Source of the DNA: Azolla caroliniana
Lineage: Eukaryota > Plantae > Polypodiophyta
Assembly: GCA_043228905.1 (NCBI GenBank)
Contig: JBHGNT010000070.1
Coordinates: 1-64,000, forward strand
Direction: 5' to 3'
Length of the DNA: 64,000 bases
In this document: positions 23,601 to 36,144 of the stretch, one piece after another
Layout of the letters: each line of letters opens with the position of its first letter
Position numbering within the stretch: the stretch's first letter is position 1
Position numbers and translations under genes: made by a program
Notes under the pieces: generated by a model
Seen by the model: the letters and a program-made list of their open reading frames with translations, nothing else
The model's database searches: none
Told to the model about the DNA's origin: nothing

Positions 23601-24447
23601 CTTGGCATGTGAATACTCGAAAACCAATCGAAAGGGGTACTCTTTCTATCTCAGCAGGAGTATATCTCTAAGGTTTTGCAACGTTTCAATATGGAGGGGT
23701 GGGGAAACAATTGGGGTTCCATTGCCTCCATATTTGAAACTCAGTACAGAAGACAACCCTACATCTGATGATAAGAAGGCTGAAATGGCTAAGGTTCCAT
23801 ATGCTTCTGCCGTTGGTAGTTTGATATATGCGATGGTTGCTACATGCCCTAATATTGCCTTTGTAGTGGGAGTGGTTAGTAGGTACATGACAAATCCCGA
23901 CAAAAAGCATTGGGAAGCGGTGAAAGGTATTATGATATACCTCAAAGGCACAAAGGACTTGGGCATTTGCTTTGGAAAGCAAAAGGCATTTGTCGTTGGT
24001 TTTACGGATGCGGACTATGCTGGTCACGCAGGCTGTAGGAAGTCTACTTCTGGGTATGTGTTTACTTTCACAGGAGGAGCGGTCTCTAGGATCTCTAGAC
24101 TACAGAAGTGTGTTGCATTGTCTACTATAGAGGCAGAGTATGTTGTTGCCACTAAGGCATGCAAAGAGGCTTTATGGCTTTCATATCTAGTGAGAGATCT
24201 TGGCATTACAGAGTTACCTATTCTTCATTGTGACAACCAGAGTGCTATCATGCTAGCTCAGAATCCCGTCTTTCATGCAAAGACGAAGCACATAGAGGTG
24301 AAGTATCACTTCATTAGAGATGTACTTGATAGCAAGAACATTGATCTTGTCAAAGTACATACAAATAATAATCTCGCAGATCTTCTCACGAAGGGTCTTC
24401 TAGCTGAGCGATTTGCTCATTGCCGACAGATGATGGGAGTTGGATAG
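20627..24447 (+). pseudogene. Remainder of Copia gag-pol (zinc knuckle, protease, integrase, RT, RNase H), many stops and frameshifts
   Basis: CHHCGKKDHFKRDC, WILDSGASFH, LWHGRLGH, LELVHSDVC, YKARLVAKG, QMDVKTAFLHG, TDADYAG, NPVFHAKTKHIEVKYHFIR. Confidence 0.95.
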
Positions 24448-24537
24448 ATGTATGTAGTTCAACTTTGTACATACTTGGACTTAGCTGACTTTTTTTTTCT
24501 TTTTACTCTCATGGCACATTGCCTTTAGGTGGGAGGT

Positions 24538-24754
24538 TGTTGGGAATAAAGGGCCATCATGCCTTTTATTAGTGCACGAGTGTGAACGCACTCGTAGCAC
24601 ACTTTTGACTTGTATATACATAATATCTAAAAACCAAAAAAGAGGTACACTCTTTGTACCCAAGACAACGTGCATCTCTCTCTCCGTTGGTCTCTCACTC
24701 AGACTCTCTCCCCCTCTGTTTTTGACCTAAACCCTAATCCTCGTGCTGCCTTCA
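24538..24754 (+). repeat. Copia 3' LTR
   Basis: TG...CA termini, preceded by a PPT and followed by TSD ATATG. Confidence 0.95.
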
Positions 24755-24759
24755 ATATG

Positions 24760-25200
24760 AAGATATCTTCAATTTAATGTGGTTGGCCTACTTTCTCCTT
24801 TTTTATATATTTGTACCTTAGGGCCCACTACATCATGACATCCACCCCCACCAAACCCGCACATCCTTCAATATGTGCAAAGGATGGCTGGGCCAAAGGT
24901 AGTCAACATTTGTCCTCCTCACTTCCATTTCTATCCCTATCGTCACCTTTGTTCCCCTTGACTTTTGACATATGTTAACCATTGTTTTCGTCTTCCTTGA
25001 GATTATCGAGGTTTGGCTTCTCCTCCTCCTCTTGCAACTTGAAGCTCTTTCTTTTCCATTGTTAGAATCGTTAACCTTGCTCCATCTAGTTTAGTGAAGT
25101 GATAGGTGGCATTGTCATTTGCGTTTGTCACCTCATACGACCCAAACCACCACCTTGTGAATGTCCTCATTGAGGTATGTTGATCACCCAATTGTCATAG
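24760..25200 (-). pseudogene. Old Gypsy remnant (integrase C-terminus, PPT, LTR start) related to the 41-49 kb element
   Basis: RWWFGSYEVTNANDNATYH resembles RWFGPYVVNSVNDNATYH at 42.4 kb. ACATCCACCCCCACCAAACCCGCACATCC at ~24838 matches ~42158. Confidence 0.7.
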
Positions 25201-25300
25201 ACAGGATGCCACATGGAATGTAGGGGGTTGAACCCATGACCTCCTGGTCTTATTGGGCAACCTTACTAGTTGACCTACATCCACCTATGCATTATTGCAC

Positions 25301-28300
25301 TGAATAAGATTCAACTTATTACACTGTAGATTAATCATTAGAACTTTCAAGAAACTTCTAGAGAATGCATCTTCATGCACTCTCTAGAAGTTTCCTAGCT
25401 TACATTCATACCTCCACATTCTTGTATAAATACTCGGGTGCACCTTGATTACAATCAAGGTGAACAACACCAGTTACGGAAACATAATTCAGTTCTTGTT
25501 CTCTTGTCTATTTTTTCTCTCTGGTTCTTGTTCTCTTGTCTATGCTCTCTCTCTCTCTCTCTCTCTCTCTCTTCATACGAGCCTTGTCTACTCGTCCATG
25601 ATAATCCCTATCCCTTTCTTGTTCTCTTGCTTATGATCTCGCTCTCTCTTAGTATTTAGCCTCGTCTACCCGTCCGTGATAGTTTGTTCACCTTGCCATT
25701 TTCTAAGCCTCAACATGTCGGATCTTACCGAGAGAATAAATCAGCTCATGGAAGCCATGTGTCAACTTCAACTTGAGAATGACAACCTTTGGGAATCGTT
25801 ACGGAAGCTTCAAGTGGGAACACCGATGGAACTCGAAGAAAAAAACAACTCTCGTGCATCAACAAATGTTCTACCTATAGAGCCTGGTCCCTCGTCCACT
25901 CTTTCTCCAACTCCTCTCCATCCCACTACAAGTATTGAGCCCAAGATTAGTTTACTTGCCAAGTTCGATGGCACGAGGAAGCACTTCTGAGGGTTCATAA
26001 ATCAAGTCAAGCTTATTATTCAACTACAACCCCACCGGTATGTGGATGATTGTCGTCAAGTTGGTCTCATTGGAACCCTTTGGTCAGGAGATGCACAAGC
26101 CTAGTTTGCACCGTTGGTCGAAACTTCATTAGAACTTCTCCAAAAGTTTCCTGCCTTTCTGGCAGAGTTTGAGAAGACATTTGGGAATACGGATCGACGC
26201 AGAAGTGCCATTACCAAACTCTATTCATTACATCAAGGTATGTGCCCAATATCCATTTATGCCTTTGAATTTAGACAATTAGCATGTGATGTTCAGTGGG
26301 ATGGCCAAGCGCTCTATGACATTGTCGCAAGCTATCACACAAGTAGTTAGTTGTGACAATCGGTTGTTTGAGCTTCATCAAGAGGAATGAGCAACTTCAA
26401 GGTGGCAACCCTCTTCGAGATCTCCTTCATCGTCATCAAGATCTCCTCCATCATCATTGTATGATGACCTCGTGCTGATGGAAATTGATCGAGCTCGCGC
26501 CCCACCACTCACCGAGGCTGAACGGAGGTATCACCGATCCAACAGACTATGTTTATATTGTGGTGCATCCACCCATCTAATTCGTTTTTGTCCAGTCAAG
26601 AATAATCAGCAACAATTATCTACAAACAATACAATTAGACAACCCTAACAACTGGAAAATGACGGTGTCCAACTTCAGTAGGACCCATGTTGTTGGACAA
26701 TCTGCATTCGTGTTGCTCCCATAGTTCGGCTACATCGATAGAAGATTTCTCCTTCCATGTAAGCATCCATTTCAAGTCTATTTCAATTAGGTCCTTAGCA
26801 CTTCTCTATTCCGGGGCAAGAACATGTTTTATGGACGAAATGTTCATTCGTAAACACAAATTTCCAGTTGTCTGATTGTCCAAGCCAATCCTAGTGGAAA
26901 CTATCGATGGATGCACGCTTTCTTCTAGACCATTCACCGAAGCCACTGTTCCACTTATCTTACAACTCGGGAACCACTAGGAGGTCTTAACATTTTACGT
27001 TATCCCTTCACCGCGACATCTAGTCATACTTGGTTTGTCTTGGATGAAGGCACAAAATCCAATTTACCGATTGGCACAACCACTTGATTACTTTCTCACA
27101 AACTAGCTTAGAGGTGCCAACCGTATCTCATGTTGTCACAACAATATGGCACAAATCGGGTTCCGGCCCTCACCCTTCCATTAAAGCAAGAATCAGCTCC
27201 AAGGCGGATTCTCACATCCTAGTCACAACAAGGAAAATAATGCATAGTGCCTCTGAGTCGAGTAGTCCATTGAAGACAACTACCGACTCACTACCGTCCA
27301 AGTATGAAGACTTCGGGGACGTGTTTGAGAAAAAGAATGTTGATCGCTTGCCTGAGCATCGACCCTACGACTGTCTAATCGATCTGCAAGAAGGTGCCAG
27401 TCCTCCCTTCGGCCCAATTTATGGGTTGTCGGAACCAGAACTCGAGGCACTCTGAACTTATCTCTGTCAACGAGAACCTTAAAGGGTTTTATTCAACCCT
27501 CAAAATCACCCACATGAGCTCCTCTTTTGTTCATGAAAAAGAAAGATGGCTCCTTACGCCTCTACGTCAACTATCGAGGTCTAAACAAGATTACTGTTCG
27601 CAACCGCTACCCACTGCCTCTCATCCTAGAGCTGTTCGATCGACTCCGAACTGGATGGATCTTCTCTAAGATCGACCTACGGGAAACCGCCTTTAGAACG
27701 CGCTACAATCATTTCGAGTATAAGGTAATAATGCCTTTCAACCTCACTAATGCTCATGCAGTATTTCAACATATGATGCATGACATCTTCTGAGAATATC
27801 TAGATCACTTTGTTGTGATCTATCTGGATGATATCTTGGTCTTCTCTTCGAACATCAAGGAGCATACTCAACATGTGAGGTTAGTCCTCGCCAAACTTCG
27901 AGAGCATGGACTCTATGCTAAATGTGAAAAATGTGAATTTGATCGTACTTCTGTAGAGTTTCTTGGGTATGTCATCCTGATACAAGGAATCACAATGGAC
28001 ACACAGAAAGTCAAGACTATTCAAGAGTGGGTTATCCCAACTCGGGTACGATATGTGCAATCATTTCTTGGTTTTGCCAATTTTTATCGTTGTTTCATCA
28101 AAGGATTTTCAGTCATTGCACAACCTCTCATTGCGCTTACCCGCAAGGATTCTACTTTCGAATGGACAACAACTGCAGAAAAGGTGTTCGACTTGTTGAA
28201 ACAAGCGTTTACTACAACAGAAGTCCTTTTACATCATGACCCCACTAAGCCTTTCCATGTCGAAACGGATGCTTCCGATTTCGCCATTGGGGCAATCCTC

Positions 28301-30233
28301 TCCCAACCAGATGAGGTTGTTGTGCTTCACCCGGTGGCTTACTACTCCCCCAAATTAATAGCCCCAGAAATCAACTACCCCATATATGACAAGGAGCTTC
28401 TCACTATTATTGTTGCTTTCGAAGAATGGAGACCCTATATGGCAGGGGAGCAACATCGTATCTAAGTGGTTACCGATCACAAAAACCTAATATACTTTTC
28501 TACCACAGGAACTTCAAATTGTAGACAGGCGCATTGGTCAACCTTCTTGGCAAACTATGATTTTGAGATAATCTTTCCACCTGGTGCTCAACACACGATG
28601 GCTGATGTCTTATCTTGTCGATCTGAGTTTGACCTCACTCCGGAGGATGAAGCCTATGTCCAACAGTCCCAGAGTTTGTTAAAGCCAGACCAATTCTACA
28701 ACTTTGTGACTTACTTGCTCCGGGATGACTCTTTGCTCAAGCAAATAGGAGAAGCCACTACGACTGACAAGTTCGCCACAGAGGTGAAGGCAAGTATCAC
28801 AAACCCCTCCCATGAACCAAAAAGGCCCAACTTAGTTTGTTTTACAATTCAAGATAATCTTTTGGTTTGGGATAACCTTTTGTATGTCCTAGAAGGTTCG
28901 TGTTGGACTAGGGTCTCCAAGAGTGTCACGATGATCCACTTGTTGGTAATTGATCCACTTGTTGGTACTGGTGGCCGCAACCATGGTAATTGATCAAAGA
29001 GTTCGTTAAGTTATGCGACGCTTGTGCTCGCTCTAAAGCATCTCATCATCGACCATATGGTCTGCTTCAACCTCTCCCAATCCCCAAATGGCCTTGGGTC
29101 TCTCTTTCCGTGGATTTCATCACTGACCACCTTCCCTTTGTTGGTGGCTATGACTTGGTGTTCGTCGTGGTCGATCGTTTCACCAAGATGGCCCATTTTG
29201 CTCCATGTGCCAAAACCATTACCATAGAGGAGACAACCGATTTGTTTTTCCAAAATGTTGTTTGACTACATGTACTCCTAGATGTATCACTTCTAATCAA
29301 GGACCACAATTTGTTTCCAATTTCTGGTGGCGCCTTCTGCAAACCTTTGGTTCTTCAGCCTATCATCCGCAAACCGATGGACAAACAGAGCGGGTTAACC
29401 AAATCCTGGAACAATACTTGCGGTGCTCTCTTAGCTACCAACAAAACGTTTGGGTTTACCTTCTCCCATTTGCTGAGTTCTCCTACAACAACTCTCTAGA
29501 TGCATCTACGGGAGTTACTCCATTTTTCGCACACTATGGTCTCCACCCCCATTTCAACATTTCTCTTCCCTTTGACTCTGTCAATCCTTCTGCGGAGGAT
29601 CAGGCACATCTTTTGGAGTATGTACATCGCGACCTTTCCTTGGAGCTCACCCTTGCTGGAGAATGCTACAAGGAGCAAGTTGACCGTCTTCGCTCAAATG
29701 CTCCTCGGTTCGAGGTAGATGACTTTGTTTGGTTTCTCCGTCGCTATATTGCCACCACTCGTCCTTGTTCGAAGCTCAACTACAAGAACTTAGGCTCTTT
29801 CTGAATCATTGAGAAAATTGGTTCCATGGTTGTATTGTATTGTATGGTATAAGATTCAACTTATTACATTGTAGATTAATCATTAGAACTTTCAAGAAAC
29901 TTCTAGAGAATGAATCTTCATGCACTCTCTAGAAGTTTCCTAGCTTACATGCATACCTCCACATTCTTGTATAAATACTCGGGTGCACCTTGATTACAAT
30001 CAAGGTGAACAACACCAGTTACGGAAACATAATTCAGTTCTTGTTCTCTTGTCTATTTTCTCTCTCTCTAGTGCTTGTTCTCTTGTCTATGATCTCATGA
30101 TCTCTCTCTCTCTCTCTCTATCTTAGTACCGAGCCTCGTCTACTCATCTGTGACAGTCTTTATCCCTTTCTTGTTCTCTTGCTTATGCTCTCACTCTCTC
30201 TTAGTATTTAGCCTCGTCTACCCGTCCGTGACA
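25301..30233 (+). mobile_element. Degenerate Gypsy (Tcn1-like) element with two LTRs (~25301-25681, ~29846-30233)
   Basis: LTR direct repeats (ATAAGATTCAACTTATTAC...CCCGTCCGTGA). gag PKISLLAKFDG and CLYCGASTHLIRFC; RT IYLDD; RNase H VETDASDFAIG; integrase SAYHPQTDGQTER. Many stops, 3' end deleted, no matching TSD found. Confidence 0.88.
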
Positions 30234-30731
30234 CCAATCTTCTTTTTCGATCTTTTTTGGTCGCAAGTAATATCTCTTGTCGAATATTGCCTTGTTTTTT
30301 TACCTTGACAGCCTTAAACATGCCCAATGCCAACTCCAAATCTTTTGGTTTTCACTCAAGTTTTCTTATACTTGTTGCCAAAAGCTCTTCTACGCTCATC
30401 TTGTTTTCCAATGGCATAACTATCCATGATATATATATACGCATATATATATATATGCAACCTTAAAACGAACTCTAGTGGAGAACTATTTAAATTGTGA
30501 GGAAGTAGTTGAGTTTCTCACCTTCACCACTTTATATCATCACTCTTAGAGTCATGGCCTTGAACCCATGCATTCCTACATCTTGATGATGGACCAAGGA
30601 GATGCCTTTGTAGCTTCATACGTTGCCATCAAATTGAACTTCATGCTTCTAGTTATGCAAACCACATACATTATGAGAAAGAACATTGCAGAAGCAACGA
30701 TAGTGTGTGAAAGCAAAAAAAAACAAGCTTG

Positions 30732-31345
30732 TTAGTTGTATGATTGTATGAAACAATAATCAAATTTTCCAGAGAGGAGGTTCTTGACCTTGTTGATGTC
30801 GACTAGTTGTTCATCACTAATGAACAGATCATCCACGTAGAGGATGATAAAAATCAGACTTCCTGAATCACTTCTAACATAGAGAGAATTGTCAGAATTT
30901 GACATGCTAATGCCAATTCGATGAAGATATTGTGTTATCTTCGAATTCATTGTCAACAGTTTGTGCCAGTTCATCGTCACTCTCGTAGGAGTGGCGTTTC
31001 CTTTGTTTGATATCGGACTTGGCTTGTGACATGCTTTGCTCACTTGTAGGCTCTTCGGGTCCACTCAATCTAGTTGAGATTAGACTCTCCTCAGGTATTG
31101 CTCTTAGTTGTTCATCGTCATCCGGGTTGACTTCAAAATCGGCCACAATGTCGATTAATCGAACACGACGTCTGGACTTACGCGAGCCTTTCGAGTAGAT
31201 GGGTTGAAGCATTTGTAACCTTTCTCCTCAAGTGAGTACCCCATGAGGATGCACTTCTCTGATTTTGGGTCCAACTTTTGCTGCTTCTCATCGCGAATGT
31301 GTAGGCATGGGATAGATCTGGTTTCTTTCCATAGTACTTCTGGTG
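30732..31345 (-). pseudogene. Copia integrase/RT fragments
   Basis: IILYVDDLFI in ORF 30732-31064; TPHQKYYGKKPDLSH and KLDPKSEKCI-like integrase tail near 31200-31340. Confidence 0.7.
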
Positions 31346-31349
31346 AGGG

Positions 31350-32410
31350 GTAATCTCATGCACACCAGATGGATTTGGTGTTAAGAGAGGATGCCCACTC
31401 CCACCAACACTATTTGGTCTATGCATTGATGAATTGGAAGAAATGGTTACCAAGTTTGCAAAGGAAGAATGTGTTGAAGAAGTTGACATTGGGAATGTTG
31501 TGATTATGCTTTTGCTATATGCAGATGATGTAGTGCGTTTTGCAAATACTTTAGGAGATGCACAAAACCTTATGAAGGCATTGAAAAAAATTTGCATGCA
31601 TACTAAATTAAGTGTCAATAGCTCTAAAACAAAGATTATGTTTGTGAAGAGCCAAAAAAGAGATAAACCATGCATTATGTACAACAATGACCCACTTGAA
31701 TGTGTGGAAAGCTTCAAATATCTTGGCCTTGAAGTTCCTTCAAATCATAAATGGAACGAATGTGCTATACGCCGCTTTGAGGCATGAAAGCGAGCATATT
31801 ATGCATTTGAGAACACATGCAATCTTGGAGATATTAAATGTTAGGTCCTCAAGAAATATATTTTTAACACTTTGATGACACCAATTCTTGTCTATGGGGT
31901 GGAAGTATGGGGCGGTAGCATCCCTAAATGTATGTGGAAAGAGTTTGAAAATGTCCAAAAACATTTTCTTACAAAGTATCTACAAGTTAAGAAACAAACG
32001 CCTTACACCCTCCTCGCGACAGGATCGCTTCCCATTGAGATAATGGCCATGGAAAGGGTTGTTGAATACATGCTTAAGGTTCAAAAATTTCCCTCATATC
32101 GACTTCCTAGAATTGCGTGGGAAGCAAGAAAAATGATCCAAAAGTCGAATAAAAGCAAAATTTTGTGTTCCAATTGAATGCAAGATATAGAAAATTGGTT
32201 TGGTAGATGGGATGCGAGACACTTGCTTCATGATGTATCATTTGATTCCTCTATAAATGAGGCCTTTTTGCAACGCCGATGTATCATGACATGGGACAAA
32301 TGTGGAGGCTCACGCTTCACACATTATACTACACATGTTGCACCTAACTACAAAACCATATTCTTTGCGAAACGAGGAAATTGTACACATCAATACATGT
32401 TAGAACTAAA
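31350..32410 (+). pseudogene. 5'-truncated non-LTR (LINE) retrotransposon RT 3' region
   Basis: GVKRGCPLPPTLFGLCID, LLYADD, VNSSKTKIM, FKYLG, YGVEVWG; in-frame stops. Confidence 0.85.
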
Positions 32411-32802
32411 CGGTTTAAACTTTTTGAAACCTAAACCGAACTGAACCACGAAACTGTTAAACGGAACCGTTAAAAACTTTTCAAACCGTTAAACTGTAAA
32501 CACCTCGGTTTCGGTTTTCAACATTGGTCAAATTTTTAATTTTTTAAAATTTATAATATTTCATTATTTAAAATTTTTAAGATGTTCCTAAAATGTGAGA
32601 ATAAGGTCTAAAAATGAAAAGATTGTTTAAAAACAATTTTTTAATTTATAAAAATAAAAATAAAAAACCGTTAAACCATTTAAACCGTAGTTTCTGGCTG
32701 TTAAAACCGAACCGTTTTAAAAACCTAAACCTGAACCGAATTGAATTGAACCATTGAAAACGTTAAGCCACAGTTTCGCGTTTCAGTTTAGTTCAAACCT
32801 AA
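32404..32802. repeat. AAACCG-rich non-autonomous DNA transposon (MITE/hAT-like) remnant
   Basis: Many AAACCG(T/A) motifs around an AT-rich core, with the motif inverted at the ends (CGGTTT/GTTTC). No clean TIR or TSD. Confidence 0.45.
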
Positions 32803-35800
32803 TTGTTGCTGATTGTTAACTGCCCATAGGTGCTTCCAAAAGTGAGAGATAAATTGAGGACCACGATCGCTAATTATATCATCTGGAAGACCATGATGTC
32901 GAAACACTTCACGCATAATAATATCTGCGGTTTCTTGACTATTGATGCTCTTTACACATGGCAAAAAATGCAACATCTTGATAAATCGATCCACTAGTGT
33001 TAAAATAGTATCAAATCCTTTTGAAGGTGGCAAATCCATAATGAAATCCACAGAAATAGACTGCCATGGCTTGATTGGATGCGATAATGGTTGTAACAAG
33101 CCATAAGGATAAGGTTGGTGTATTTTGCTCGACAACATGTGTCACATGTGCGAACGAAATCTTCGACAAAGTTTTGCAAATGAGGCCACCAAAATAACTG
33201 TTTCACGAACTCCAAGGTCTTGGCAATACCAAAATGTCCATCCATAGGGGCATCATGACAATGTTCTAACACTTGAAGGCGGGGTGATCCATCAGGGACG
33301 TAAAGGAGATGCTTGTAAAAGGGTACGCCATCTTGCCACTTGAATTCCTGATAGTGTTGAGACGACCCTTACAATGTGGAGCAAGATGCATGGCTTGGAC
33401 TAATATGGGCTAAGACATCCTTAGCAAAATCGTTAGAGTGAAGTAGCTATCGAATAGTACCAACAAGGCTTGAATCAAGCGGTGTGGCATAAACTGTTGT
33501 TGCTTGTAGCTTTGATGGTCCTAAGAGCCTTTGCTTTTGATTGTCGAAGGTCGTATCTCCAAGTTGAGGTGCGAGATACAAACGTCGAGACAGAGCATCT
33601 GCTTTCCCTTATTGTTTCTCGGGGCGGAAAATGATCTTGAATTCAAAATGATTTAGAAACTCTGTCTAGCGAGTTTGTCTCCTATTTAACACCCGAACCG
33701 TTTGAAAATATGTAATTTTTGTGATCACTATAAGTGATGATTTGATGAGGCGATCCTTCCAAGAAATGTCACCATCGCTCGAAAGAGTTCATAAACCGTT
33801 ATTGCTTGTAGCTTTGATAGTCCTAGGAGAATTTGCTTTTCATTGTCGAAGGTTGGATCTCTAGGTCAAGGTGCGAGATATGAATGCCAAGACAGAGCAT
33901 CTGCTTTCCCTTGTTGTCTTCTGGGGCGGAAAATGATTTTGAAATCAAAACGAGTTTGAAACTCTGTCCATCGAGCTTGTCTCCTATTTAACACCCGAGC
34001 CGTTTGAACATATGTAAGATTTTTGTGATCACTATAAATGATCATTTGATGAGGCGAACCTGAATCCAAGAAATGTTGCCATTGCTTGAAAGAGTTGACC
34101 ACAGTTAGTAACTCCTTATCATGCACCTCGTAGTTTATCTCCGCAACAGTAAATTTCCTCAAGTGAAACGCGATTGGATGGGACTGCCCGTCCTTGATTG
34201 GTTGTGATAGGATACTCCCCAATGCAAAATCTGACGTATCTACCTCAACGGTAAATGGCTTTTCGGGATCAATATGCGCTAAGATGGGAGTTGATGTGAA
34301 TGCCTCTTTAAGTTGAGTAAAGGTTGTGTCTGCTTCAATAGCCAAACAAATGCTTGGTTTTTCTTGGTGAGTTGGGTGAGAGGCAACACGGTCTTTGAAT
34401 AATTCCATATGAATTTGGGATAGAAGTTAGCAAATCCGAGGAAACATAAGACATCTCGAACAGAACGTGCGGGTTGTCATTCCAATATTGTTTTGACTTT
34501 TGTTGGATCCATGAAGATACCCTTGGATGAAATAGTATAACCCAAGAATTCAACTTGTTCGCTATCAAAACTGCATTTCTCAAGTTTGGCATATTGTTAA
34601 GTAATAAGGTAATTAACTAGGGTTAATTAGAGACTAATTATATGGTTACGTTAAGCAACGGAAGATTAGTATGATATGCGCGTGAGAGTGTGTGAGAGGA
34701 AGAGAGAGAGAGAGAGGAAGTTACACTTGAACACAAAGATAAATGGGGGATGATTGACTATATTGAAAAGTGTCATCAACATACAAAAATACCCACAATG
34801 AGGTATATATACAACCCATGTGCAAAGGTGCACATGTGTGGGTAGAACATAGGTACTTATGTGTAAGTCCTACATTAAATGTACTAAGGAGTGGAGGATC
34901 TAGAATATCCCACTTAAGTACAAGGTCCTATTTAAAGGCTTAAGGTCAACACATTAACTAGATTCGATCTAGGTAACTACTAAGTTACATGTGTTGACCA
35001 ACTACATTAAACTAGTTGAGCTTGATATCTCAACACATACAATCCATACTTTCTTAAGCGTTCAAGTACTTTCCCGACATGTATATCATGCTCCTCCTAT
35101 GTTTTAGAGTAAATCAACAGATCATCTAAATAAATGATGAGAAAGATATCTAGAAAATCCTGGAAAATGTCATTTGCCATATACTGGAAAATTGCAGGTG
35201 CATTTATGAGTCCGAAAGGCATGATTGTATACTCGAAATGACCATACCGAGTGCAAAGTGTAGTTTTCCACTCATCTCCCAATCAAATTCGAAAAAGATT
35301 ATATGCACCTCTTAAATCGATTTTTGTAAAATGCTTTGCCCCACCAATGCGCTCTAAAAGACTAGAGGTTAAAGGGAGAGCGTACATATTTCTTATGGTG
35401 ACTTTATTTATTCCCTGATAGTCCACAACCAAACAAAGCGAGTCGTCCTTTTTCTTCACAAAATATATAGGAACACCGGCAAGAGACTTTTAATGTCGAA
35501 TAAACCCATGTGCAAGATTCTCCTTAATGTATTCTCAAATAACCCAGTTGGTGATAGATTGTAGATCAAACCCCACAGTGGCTCTTTTCGTGGTTGGAGG
35601 TCAAAGGGACAGTCGTACAGCCGATGCTTTGGAAGTACACTATCTTTGACTTTGTCGAAAACGTCAACATATTCTTGATATTTTTGGGAATTTGGATGTC
35701 TGAATTCCCTGGGCTAGCACTAGAAGGTGTCACTAATACTGCAAATAAGAATTGTTCCTCCTTTCCTCCCACTTGGGACAATTGTTGCAATGTGATGGTT

Positions 35801-36140
35801 GAGATTTGATGAAAAGGAGATGGTGCACTAGTAGAATTATATTCTTTAAAGGAATAGTCCTAGGTTCGATACTTGGCAATGATGTTTACTGTTGAAGGGC
35901 CGATTATTAAGTTGTGTAGCTCGAATCATGGAAAACCAAGGACATTTGGATGCTCGAGGCTACGGATTATGTTAAAGGAAACTACACATCCTAAATCACC
36001 TAAGCGTATATGTACTAGCTCAGACTCTTCGAATATCTTCCCAGAAGCTATGGGACGTCCATCAATCACTATTAGGGAAACTGGCTTATGAGAGGGAGAG
36101 CTATGAGGATGGGAAGGTGAACAAACTGTCATGGATCATA
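32803..36140 (-). pseudogene. Degenerate Tcn1-like Gypsy pol fragment with an internal ~300-bp duplication and a solo-LTR insertion
   Basis: IYLDD, EVDTSDFALG, CHDAPMDGHFG, PYGLLQPL..PWQSISVDFI. 33500-33790 repeats 33797-34095. Confidence 0.85.
34595..35035. mobile_element. Solo LTR (441 bp), TSD CATAT/CATAC
   Basis: TGTTAAG...CTCAACA termini; near-identical to 45588-46028; the host RT sequence rejoins across it. Confidence 0.88.
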
Positions 36141-36144
36141 AACT

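Larger units (their letters stand above)
7525..24754 (+). mobile_element. Full-length Ty1/Copia retrotransposon (217-bp LTRs, TSD ATATG) interrupted by a DNA transposon
   Basis: LTRs 7525-7741 and 24538-24754 differ at about 5 positions. TSD ATATG at 7520-7524 and 24755-24759. PBS TGGTATTAGAGC at 7745-7756; PPT AGGTGGGAGG before the 3' LTR. gag reads QKMAA|SKVYWLKKL across the insertion. Confidence 0.95.
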
